In this document: piece after piece, positions 39,090 to 46,808 of the stretch | Layout of the letters: every line of letters begins with the position of its first letter | How positions within the stretch are numbered: position 1 is the stretch's first letter | Source: Mesorhizobium sp. | Lineage (GTDB): Bacteria; Pseudomonadota; Alphaproteobacteria; Rhizobiales; Rhizobiaceae | NCBI GenBank assembly: GCA_040512755.1 | Contig: JBEVEP010000049.1 | Coordinates: 1-49,600, forward strand | Length of the DNA stretch: 49,600 nucleotides | Reading direction: 5' to 3' | Translations under genes and position numbers: made by a program | Notes under the pieces: generated by a model | Database searches by the model: none | What the model was told of the DNA's origin: nothing | What the model saw: only the letters and a program-made list of their open reading frames with translations

Positions 39090-39633
39090 GACCGGCCAAC
39101 TCGGCCCGCCGCTCGCGGACTGCCGTTTCCAGATCAGCGAGCGACTCGACCACCTTTGTGTATTCGAAGCTCTTCAGCCGCTCGGTGTTTTCGAGGTCGA
39201 TCTTGCGTGGGTAGACCTTGACCAGACCGTGCGGGGCCATTGTCTCGAGTTCAGGCGCAGTATCGCACGCAAAGACGATGGAGCGGACCCGGCACTTGCC
39301 CGCCTGCGCGAAGACATTCGTCGCCAGCGTGTCGGAGATGCCCCATACGCACTTTGCGACCGTGTTGGAGGTGGCCGGCGCCACGACCACCGTGTGATAG
39401 ATGCCGTGGTAGAAGCCACCCACCGGTACGGCGCTTGCAGTCTTGTCATGCAGGACGCGCATCGTCTCCGGAAAATCCAGCTTCAGTCTATACATGCGAA
39501 GCACTTCATTGGCCGCCTTCGACACGAAGATATCGCAATGTTCGAGCTCATGGATGAGGGCGAAACTCTCCGTAAAAAAATGGCCGGACCCGGTGAGAAC
39601 CCAAGCCCAGCGCGGAGTATGCAGCCTGGCCAT
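39082..39633 (-). CDS. AfpA-type flavoprotein (orf20-like; candidate dihydromethanopterin reductase-type function)
   Basis: 183 aa. Flavoprotein (homo-oligomeric flavin-binding) pattern 'WAWVLTGSGHFF' and 'VVAPATSNTVAK'. Confidence 0.7.
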   Translation of the reverse strand: MARLHTPRWAWVLTGSGHFFTESFALIHELEHCDIFVSKAANEVLRMYRLKLDFPETMRVLHDKTASAVPVGGFYHGIYHTVVVAPATSNTVAKCVWGISDTLATNVFAQAGKCRVRSIVFACDTAPELETMAPHGLVKVYPRKIDLENTERLKSFEYTKVVESLADLETAVRERRAELAGHG

Positions 39634-39636
39634 CGC

Positions 39637-40275
39637 CTATCCCGCTCTCCTGGCCATGCTCGCAGTATGCAGAATTCTGATCCCAGGCACTTCCCCGGCG
39701 GCGAGCATTCCCGCTGCCCCGACCGCATCAAGCGGGCCGGCCAGATAGAGATCGACGCCAGCAGGCAGCATCGTCGGTAGCGCGGCATCGACAATGCCGC
39801 CGGCAGTCAGGCTGTCGACAGTGTCATCGGCGGAGAACGCGCCTGTCTGCTTGATCAAAAGCAAGGAGTCCGCGCCAATCTTGCGAGTGAGCCAGGCAGC
39901 AAGCGAGTCCGACGTCACGTCCCAGGTGGCAGGGACTTCGGACGCCGGGATGGCCGCACTCGACGGCAGCCAGACCGGGGTACGATCTTCCCCCAGCAAG
40001 CGCTGGATATCATCCGGGGACCGGGCAGCTGCCAGACTTTCATTCCTGTCGAGGATCACATGGCCGAACTGGTCCATGGCCAGTATCGCCATCGCATGAG
40101 CGGCCATGTCAGAGAATGCCAGGCGCGTTTGCGCTTCACGCACCTGATCGGCAAACGGCCCGCCACCCGGCACGATGACCAGCGGCAAAGTGGACCCTGC
40201 CAACGCTGAGATCCACATATCCATCTCGGCAGAAGAAGCTGTGCTGCCGCCAAGTTTCACGACGGCTCGCCTCAT
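39637..40275 (-). CDS. Amino-acid (aspartate/glutamate/uridylate) kinase-family protein (orf21-like)
   Basis: 212 aa. 'VVKLGGS' and 'VIVPGGGPFAD' motifs. Confidence 0.72.
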   Translation of the reverse strand: MRRAVVKLGGSTASSAEMDMWISALAGSTLPLVIVPGGGPFADQVREAQTRLAFSDMAAHAMAILAMDQFGHVILDRNESLAAARSPDDIQRLLGEDRTPVWLPSSAAIPASEVPATWDVTSDSLAAWLTRKIGADSLLLIKQTGAFSADDTVDSLTAGGIVDAALPTMLPAGVDLYLAGPLDAVGAAGMLAAGEVPGIRILHTASMARRAG

Positions 40276-41462
40276 GAAGTCACGCCCTTTTTGCCGGTTC
40301 CGGCAACGTCCTCATGAGCTGAGAGTGCACTCGTATCAAGGGAGGAATGCTGTTCTTTCGCACGTTTGCGCTCGATCTCCACGCCTACGCCGCCGGGACC
40401 GAGTTCAAGCTTCTCCACCCTTACTGTCACGCGCATGACACGCGGATCTTCCAGCACATGGGCTGCTATCTGTTCAGCGAGCGCCTCACTCAATTGAACG
40501 TGACCGCGCGCCACAATCGTGCGGATACCGTCCATGATGATGTCATACGATACCACATGGCGCATATCTTCCGGGTTGGTCGTCAATCGCAACACATCGG
40601 CGGTTACGTCGAAGCGCACTTTCTGGGTGTGACCGTGCTCGAAACTGTAGGCGCCGATCTCGACTGGAAGAACGAAGTCGCGGATGTAGATCTTGTCCGT
40701 GCCGAGTGTCGGGTCTATGGCCCCAGGTGAATATCCGCGTGCGGCCAGCAACCGATAGTCAACACGCGCGGATCGCCCCGCTGCCTGCTCCTCAGGGATC
40801 AGCGCACGTATTTGCTTTACCGCCTCCGCGTCGATGGCCCCGGTGCGAACCGTTCCTTTGCAGAGGGCGCCGCGAAATCCGAGGAAGTCCGGAGCGAACG
40901 GCAAAAGGCGTGGAATATCCGGCGCTTCCAGGGATCCGCTGAGCCCCGTCATGAGTCGCAGCGACTTCGCGCGGCCAACGAAATCTGGAATGCGTTCGGG
41001 AGGCATGTGGTCGAGCAGCCGCCCTTTCGTCTTATCGGCGGTATCGACCATGACGCCGTGAAAGCCATGCTTCGCAAACACAGGCAGCAGTTCGAAGTCC
41101 GGTGACTGATCGGCGAAAAGCACGGCAATCAGTTTGGTCCGGCTGGCAAGCGCCGCCATCGCCTCGGCACATTTCGCGCCCGCCGGTGACGGAAAGAAAC
41201 CGATCTTGACATAGTCGGCTCCAGCCGCGGCGATCTCTTCTGCTTTTGCACGGATGGTTTCCGGTTCCATCGGCAGGTCGCCGCATACGGCGCTGACCGG
41301 ACGCCGTCCGCCGATAGAAGATACCGCGCGGCGCAAGATTTCCGTCGGCACCGCGCCAAGAGCGCCAGCGCGAGCATCCTTCAGATCAATGATATCCGCC
41401 CCGCCGGCAATGGCGACTTCGGCCTCGTCCGGCCCGGTGACGCTGGCAAGCATCTTGGTCAT
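40272..41462 (-). CDS. mfnB: Fusion protein: N-terminal (5-formylfuran-3-yl)methyl phosphate synthase (MfnB/orf17-like) plus C-terminal dihydroneopterin aldolase (FolB-like)
   Basis: 396 aa. The N-terminal ~240 aa ('MLASVTGPDEAEVAIAGGADIIDLKD...ADYVKIGFF') is MfnB-like. The C-terminal ~125 aa ('IYIRDFVLPVEIGAYSFEHGHTQKVRFDV...VGVEIERKR') follows the FolB pattern. One uninterrupted reading frame. Confidence 0.75.
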   Translation of the reverse strand: MTKMLASVTGPDEAEVAIAGGADIIDLKDARAGALGAVPTEILRRAVSSIGGRRPVSAVCGDLPMEPETIRAKAEEIAAAGADYVKIGFFPSPAGAKCAEAMAALASRTKLIAVLFADQSPDFELLPVFAKHGFHGVMVDTADKTKGRLLDHMPPERIPDFVGRAKSLRLMTGLSGSLEAPDIPRLLPFAPDFLGFRGALCKGTVRTGAIDAEAVKQIRALIPEEQAAGRSARVDYRLLAARGYSPGAIDPTLGTDKIYIRDFVLPVEIGAYSFEHGHTQKVRFDVTADVLRLTTNPEDMRHVVSYDIIMDGIRTIVARGHVQLSEALAEQIAAHVLEDPRVMRVTVRVEKLELGPGGVGVEIERKRAKEQHSSLDTSALSAHEDVAGTGKKGVTS

Positions 41463-42001
41463 TTCTTCAGCGTCTCCAGCCTCGGAGAAAGAACGTGTTC
41501 ATACAGGTAGTCGATCCCGCGCTTCCAGGATTCATCGGTGTTGCCGCGCAGATCAACACTGGCGCCGGCCACCAGCCTGGACGTCGCGGCTTCATGTGCA
41601 GCGACATTGATGCTCAGGATTAGCTCGGAAACCTTAAAGACATAGCCCGTAAATGCGTAGTCGGCCCCAAGCCCCAAGGCCAGGTCGTCTGCGCAATTCC
41701 CGCAGGCCTGCAGATTGGCGGACGCAGCCTTGCTTGCGACTGGAGCGGTATCGACGATCTCGAAAAGGCCGGAACTGGCGAGATGGCCGCGCAATCGCTC
41801 CGCAATCATCTTTAGCCGCTTGTCCTCGGCGTCACGGTGATCAGGAGTGCCCGGATATACACTGCCCCGCAGAAGTTCGAACTCAAAGACAGCCGCTCTT
41901 TCCGTGGCGAGGAGGGAAGATGAAACACCGACAACACCAAAACTTGTGACCAAAAGTAAAGTTAAGAGGTTTGCAATCGAAAAAAGCCGGGCTATCGTCA
42001 T
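41459..42001 (-). CDS. Exported hypothetical protein with CGNC motif; first gene of the cofactor-biosynthesis operon
   Basis: Start trimmed to the ATG at 42001 ('MTIARLFSIANLLTLLLVTSFGVVGVSS' signal/anchor); 180 aa. The long upstream extension of the 338-aa ORF is translation of a repeat element. The stop overlaps the next start (ATGA). Confidence 0.6.
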   Translation of the reverse strand: MTIARLFSIANLLTLLLVTSFGVVGVSSSLLATERAAVFEFELLRGSVYPGTPDHRDAEDKRLKMIAERLRGHLASSGLFEIVDTAPVASKAASANLQACGNCADDLALGLGADYAFTGYVFKVSELILSINVAAHEAATSRLVAGASVDLRGNTDESWKRGIDYLYEHVLSPRLETLKK

Positions 42002-42051
42002 CGAGGCACCCACATAATACCGATGGCTCGTACCTTTGACCGTTTGTACTG

Positions 42052-42217
42052 CCCCCTCACCTGCCTGCCGGCATCCTCTCCCCGCAAGCGGGTAGAGGAG
42101 CGCTGGCGGCGCCGACAACACTGAAATTTGCAGCGTTGGTGATTGGCGAAATGCGCAATGAAGGCGCCTCTTCTCCCCGTTTTTACGGGGAGAAGTGCCC
42201 GGCAGGGCGATGAGGGG
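42052..42217. repeat. MITE/RIME-like intergenic element: two ~50-bp arms in inverted orientation, each containing its own hairpin
   Basis: The left arm (42052-42100) and the reverse complement of the right arm (42167-42217) align by eye (cccctca..cctgccgg..tctccccg-loop-cgggnagag). Perfect 11-bp hairpin cttctccccgt/acggggagaag at 42170-42195. Confidence 0.65.
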
Positions 42218-42316
42218 CGGCACAATCGGTCGAACATGACAGCCACAGGTAGAACGACTTGATCCGACTTCTGGTCGGACGATGGTCGCGTCGTGAGAAA
42301 CGCTGCTGGGAAGAGC

Positions 42317-43549
42317 ATGGTGCCAAACACTCTTGCAATCTTCATCGGACTTTTTCTTGCAGGCGTCAACGCTCCCTCCGCCTTCGCGCAGGAGACGCCG
42401 CAGCCCCGGCAACCGGCCAAGCAGCAACAACCCGTTGAAATCCGGATCGGCTATCTTCGCGCCTATGCCCCACAACTGGCGCTGTCAGTTCTTGACGTCC
42501 CGCCGCGCGATGAGGGCGTTGCTGGAGCGAATGTCGCAATTGCCGACAACAACACGACGGGCAAGTTCCTGGGTCAGGAATTCACGCTCGATGTCACTGA
42601 AGTGAAACCGGACGCCGATGTCGTGCCGGTGTTCAAGGAAATGATAGCAAAGGGGGATCGCTATGTGCTCGCCGACATTTCCGCCACCCAGCTTCTGTCC
42701 GTCGCCGACATGGCGCGCGATGCCGGCGTGCTGATTTTCAACGTCGGCGCCACTGACGATATTCTGCGCGAAGAGGAATGCCGCGCTAACGTGTTCCATA
42801 CCGCGCCCACTCGCACCATGCTGGCGGACGGGCTGGCGCAATATCTGATCTGGAAGCAGTGGCGGAACTGGGTGCTGCTCTATGGCTCCCACGAGCGCGA
42901 CCAGCTTTTTGCCGATGCGCTTCGCCGCGCTGCGACGCGCTTCGGCGGTGAAATCGTCGCCGAGAAGGAATTCAAGGACACCGGCACCGCGCGGCGCACG
43001 GATTCCGGCGTGGTTCAAATCCAGCGGCAGATGCCGGTATTCACGCAGGACCTTCCGGATCACGATGTGGTTCTGGTTGCGGACGAAAGCGAAGTGTTCG
43101 GCACCTATGTGCCGTTCAGAACCTGGATCCCCCGCCCTGTCGCCGGCACGGCCGGGCTGATCCCATCCGCATGGCATCCGGCCAGCGAGCAATGGGGCGG
43201 CACCCAAATCCAGAACCGGTTCGCCAAGGCGAATGGCCGGCGCATGCTGTCGAAGGACATGGCGGCATGGACTGCCGCGCGCATCCTCGGTGAAGCCGCA
43301 ACGCGCACGCAAGGGGCCGATGCGCAGAAAATCAGCGCGTTCATCCGCTCTCCCGATTTCTCCATCGCCGCGTTCAAAGGGCAGAAACTGACTTTCCGGC
43401 CTTGGAACTGGCAGCTTCGTCAGCCGATCTTCCTTGGAGACGGACGGTCTGTCGTGACGACATCGCCGCAGGAAGGCTTTCTGCATCAGGTGTCGGAGCT
43501 CGACACGCTCGGCATCGATGAACCGGAGACGAAATGCGTTTTTAAGTAG
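42317..43549 (+). CDS. Periplasmic substrate-binding protein of the PQQ-dehydrogenase-associated ABC system (PedA1/LutA-like; LivJ fold)
   Basis: Preferred ATG at 42317 gives the signal peptide 'MVPNTLAIFIGLFLAGVNAPSAFA' (the GTG at 42293 is also possible). Type I binding-protein fold; context with propeller, ATPase and permease genes. Confidence 0.72.
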   Translation: MVPNTLAIFIGLFLAGVNAPSAFAQETPQPRQPAKQQQPVEIRIGYLRAYAPQLALSVLDVPPRDEGVAGANVAIADNNTTGKFLGQEFTLDVTEVKPDADVVPVFKEMIAKGDRYVLADISATQLLSVADMARDAGVLIFNVGATDDILREEECRANVFHTAPTRTMLADGLAQYLIWKQWRNWVLLYGSHERDQLFADALRRAATRFGGEIVAEKEFKDTGTARRTDSGVVQIQRQMPVFTQDLPDHDVVLVADESEVFGTYVPFRTWIPRPVAGTAGLIPSAWHPASEQWGGTQIQNRFAKANGRRMLSKDMAAWTAARILGEAATRTQGADAQKISAFIRSPDFSIAAFKGQKLTFRPWNWQLRQPIFLGDGRSVVTTSPQEGFLHQVSELDTLGIDEPETKCVFK

Positions 43550-43569
43550 CAGGTTAGAGGAGGAACTTG

Positions 43570-44544
43570 ATGGCAAGACGACTGTTCGCGCTGGCCGGCG
43601 CAATGGCCGCCCTAATCTCCGCCACCCCCGCATCGGCCTACATGGTCTACGTATCCAACGAAAAGGACAACACGATATCGGTGATCGATTCCGCCACTAT
43701 GGAAGTCGTCAAGACCGTGAATGTCGGCCAACGCCCCCGCGGCATCACGATCTCGCACGACGGCAAGTTCATCTACCTTTGCGCCAGCGACGACGACACG
43801 ATCGAGGTGATCGACACTGCGACCTTCGAAATCGTCGGCACCTTGCCGTCCGGCCCGGACCCCGAACTGTTCGTGCTCTCGCCCGACGGCAAGACGCTCT
43901 ATGTCGCCAATGAGGACGACAATCTCGTCACCGTCATCGACATCGAAGGAAAGAACGTCATTGCCGAGATTCCGGTCGGCGTCGAGCCGGAGGGCATGGG
44001 GATCAGCCCCGATGGAAAGACCATGGTCAACACGTCGGAAACGACGAACATGGCGCATTTCATCGACACATCGACCCATGAGATTACTCACAACGTGCTT
44101 GTGGACGCGCGTCCACGTTTCGTGGAGTTCACGCCCGACGGGACGGAGGCGTGGGTGAGCGCTGAAATCGGCGGTACTGTCTCGGTGATCGACAATGCGA
44201 CGCGTGAGGTGAAGAAGAAGATCACCTTCGAGATACCCGGCCTTCGCGCGGAGGCAATCCAGCCCGTGGGCATCCGCATCACTGCCGATGGCAAGAAGGG
44301 ATATGTGGCGCTCGGCCCGGCGAACCGGGTCGCGGTGGTCAATACCGAGACCTATGAGGTCGAGAAGTATGTGCTGGTCGGCCAGCGTGTCTGGCAACTC
44401 GCTTTCACGCCGGACCAGAAGACGATCATCAGCACCAACGGAGTTTCCAACGATATCACCTTCATTGATGTGGCGACGGACGAACCGGTCCAGTCGGTTA
44501 CGGTCGGCGCTTTGCCATGGGGTGTTGTCGTTTCGCCCAACTGA
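43570..44544 (+). CDS. YVTN-repeat beta-propeller periplasmic protein (PedA2/LutB-like)
   Basis: ATG at 43570 behind the RBS gaggagga, with a signal peptide. Repeated 'Y(V/L)(S/A)NE.DN..(S/T)VID' blades. Confidence 0.8.
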   Translation: MARRLFALAGAMAALISATPASAYMVYVSNEKDNTISVIDSATMEVVKTVNVGQRPRGITISHDGKFIYLCASDDDTIEVIDTATFEIVGTLPSGPDPELFVLSPDGKTLYVANEDDNLVTVIDIEGKNVIAEIPVGVEPEGMGISPDGKTMVNTSETTNMAHFIDTSTHEITHNVLVDARPRFVEFTPDGTEAWVSAEIGGTVSVIDNATREVKKKITFEIPGLRAEAIQPVGIRITADGKKGYVALGPANRVAVVNTETYEVEKYVLVGQRVWQLAFTPDQKTIISTNGVSNDITFIDVATDEPVQSVTVGALPWGVVVSPN

Positions 44545-44582
44545 ATCGGTTTTTCAGCAAAAACGATCAAGGTGAGGAAATC

Positions 44583-45077
44583 ATGAGGAAATTGCTTGTA
44601 ACCTCCGTTGCCGCATTCGCCTGCCTGATGCTGGTTGGATCGCAGGTCTGGGCGCAGGACGCTGACGATGATGACGAGGGTGCCGCGCCCGCTGAGGCAG
44701 CGCCTGCTGCTGGCGCCGAGAAGCCGACGCGGGCGAGCAAGGATGTGCCCGAACTTATCCTCGGAACCAAGGAGGACCAGTTCACCGCCAACCAGAAGGA
44801 TTTCCAGCTGATCGCCGGGCAAGGCTATCGCTGGAAGATCTCGGCGGCCGGCGGTCTGGAGTACAAGTTCCACACCGACCTGTTCCGCAATGTCTGGATG
44901 AACCAGATCGTCATCGAGGATCTCGAAGTGCACATGAACGGCGCCCCTGCCTGGCTGGAGTTCGACGCCGACGGAACGATCCAGGTCCAGTTCACGACGG
45001 TGCGGCCGGGTATCTACACCTGGTCGGTTCCTGATCTCGCAGACAAGGGCATGAAGGGGACGATCACGATCAAATAG
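44583..45077 (+). CDS. Small periplasmic protein: signal peptide, poly-acidic Ala/Pro linker, cupredoxin-like beta-sandwich lacking the Cys and C-terminal His copper ligands
   Basis: ATG at 44583 behind the RBS ggtgagga; 164 aa. 'QDADDDDEGAAPAEAAPAAG' tract. The C-terminus 'GIYTWSVPDLADKGMKGTITIK' aligns by eye with the plastocyanin/amicyanin 'Y.C.PH...GM.G.V.V' region. Confidence 0.6.
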   Translation: MRKLLVTSVAAFACLMLVGSQVWAQDADDDDEGAAPAEAAPAAGAEKPTRASKDVPELILGTKEDQFTANQKDFQLIAGQGYRWKISAAGGLEYKFHTDLFRNVWMNQIVIEDLEVHMNGAPAWLEFDADGTIQVQFTTVRPGIYTWSVPDLADKGMKGTITIK

Positions 45078-45126
45078 ACCTTCCGTATGCGTCCGGGTAC
45101 GCTAGCTATTGGCAAGGGTACCCACC

Positions 45127-45933
45127 ATGACAGGAAACGGCGGCGTGCAGCATGTGAGGACAGCTGGTGGGGGAAACGGCGTGGCAGCCCTCGACGTCGC
45201 GGGGGTCAGTCATTCGTATGGCGCCAAGCGCGCGCTGAACAATGTCTCGTTCTCGATCGCGCCGGCGAGCTTCACCGTGCTTCTCGGGCTCAACGGAGCC
45301 GGCAAGACGACGCTGTTTTCGCTGATCAGCCGTCTCTACGATACGCGGCAGGGATCAATCCGCATCTTCGGCCATGATATCAGCCGGCAGTCGGGCGAAG
45401 CCTTGCGGCGTCTTGGCATCGTGTTTCAGTCCCGGACACTCGATCTCGACCTCAGCGTCAACCAGAACCTCTCCTACCACGCGTCGCTCCATGGAATAGG
45501 CGCGTCAGAAGCGCGCCAGCGTATCGACGCCGTTCTGCAGACGGTCGGGATGAGCGGGCGGCTTCATGATAAGGCGCGCAGCCTCTCCGGCGGCCAGATG
45601 CGCCGCATCGAGATCGCGCGCGCCCTGTTGCATCGGCCGCCTCTGCTGTTGCTCGATGAGGCGACGGTCGGGCTCGACATCCAGTCGCGCGCCGGCATCC
45701 TGGCCAATATCCGCAACCTCGTCGAAGTCGAAGGGATCAGCGTCTTCTGGGCCACGCATCTCATCGACGAGGTCGATACCGGGGACGACGTGGCCGTGCT
45801 TTCCGAGGGCAATCTGGTCGCCAAAGGCGCAGTTTCCGACGTCATTCGATCGCATGGCGCGAAAACGATCAGCGAAGCATTTTCCCGCCTGAGCCGGGGA
45901 AGCCAGGCCGTTAGCCCGGAGGGGACGTCATGA
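45127..45933 (+). CDS. ABC transporter ATP-binding protein (PedB/LutE-like)
   Basis: Walker A 'GLNGAGKTT', signature 'LSGGQMRR', Walker B 'LLLLDEAT'. ATG at 45127 preferred over the TTG at 45109. Confidence 0.88.
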   Translation: MTGNGGVQHVRTAGGGNGVAALDVAGVSHSYGAKRALNNVSFSIAPASFTVLLGLNGAGKTTLFSLISRLYDTRQGSIRIFGHDISRQSGEALRRLGIVFQSRTLDLDLSVNQNLSYHASLHGIGASEARQRIDAVLQTVGMSGRLHDKARSLSGGQMRRIEIARALLHRPPLLLLDEATVGLDIQSRAGILANIRNLVEVEGISVFWATHLIDEVDTGDDVAVLSEGNLVAKGAVSDVIRSHGAKTISEAFSRLSRGSQAVSPEGTS

Positions 45934-46808
45934 GCGCGCCTCTCGCCGAGCAGGCCCCGCAAACCGGTGTCATGCCGTTGCGCGCCGATCGCTTCAGCCT
46001 CGGCAACTATCTTGTGTGCCTGCGCGGAATTCTGGTTCGCGAGGGTTTGCGCTTCGTCCATCAGCGCGAGCGCTTCATTTCTTCGCTGGTGAGGCCGCTA
46101 TTGTGGCTATTCATCTTCGCAGCCGGTTTTCGACAGGTCCTGGGCGTGTCGATCATCCCGCCATACAAGACCTATGTGTTGTACGAGGTGTACATCACGC
46201 CTGGTCTCTGCGGCATGATCCTGCTTTTCAGCGGCATGCAATCGTCTCTCTCCATGGTCTACGACCGTGAAATGGGCAATATGCGAACGCTCCTTGTGAG
46301 CCCCTTTCCCCGCTGGTTCCTGCTGGTTTCCAAGCTGCTCGCCGGTGTGGCTGTAGCGATTGCGCAAGTCTATGCTTTTCTTGCCATCGCTTGGTTCTGG
46401 GGCGTGAAGGCTCCACCACTTGGTTATCTCATGGTTCTGCCGGCCCTCTTCCTGGGCGGGCTGATGCTGGGGTCGCTCGGACTGCTCCTTTCATCCATGA
46501 TCAAGCAGCTTGAAAACTTCGCCGGCGTCATGAACTTCGTGATCTTTCCGATGTATTTCGCCTCCCCTGCCCTCTATCCGCTCTGGCGAATCCAGGAGGC
46601 AAGCCCGCTGCTCTACAAGATCTGCCTGGCCAATCCCTTTTCCTATGCTGTCGAACTGGTTCGCTTCGCGTTTTACGGTCAGGTGGAATGGATCTCGCTG
46701 GCCGTGGTGACCGGATGCACCGTGCTCTTTCTAGCCGCTGCAATCATCGCCTACGATCCCTCACGCGGCCTGATGAACCGGAAGCAGGACACGGGAGGTA
46801 ACGGCTGA
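45930..46808 (+). CDS. ABC-2-type transporter permease (PedC/LutF-like)
   Basis: 292 aa, about 6 TM helices. The start overlaps the ATPase stop (ATGA). Confidence 0.82.
   Translation: MSAPLAEQAPQTGVMPLRADRFSLGNYLVCLRGILVREGLRFVHQRERFISSLVRPLLWLFIFAAGFRQVLGVSIIPPYKTYVLYEVYITPGLCGMILLFSGMQSSLSMVYDREMGNMRTLLVSPFPRWFLLVSKLLAGVAVAIAQVYAFLAIAWFWGVKAPPLGYLMVLPALFLGGLMLGSLGLLLSSMIKQLENFAGVMNFVIFPMYFASPALYPLWRIQEASPLLYKICLANPFSYAVELVRFAFYGQVEWISLAVVTGCTVLFLAAAIIAYDPSRGLMNRKQDTGGNG

Noticed and set aside
42002-42475. N-terminal 158-aa extension of ORF 41459-42475
   Set aside because: The extension is read through the MITE-like repeat. An internal ATG at 42001 gives a proper signal peptide. The extension would also overlap the divergent binding-protein gene start.
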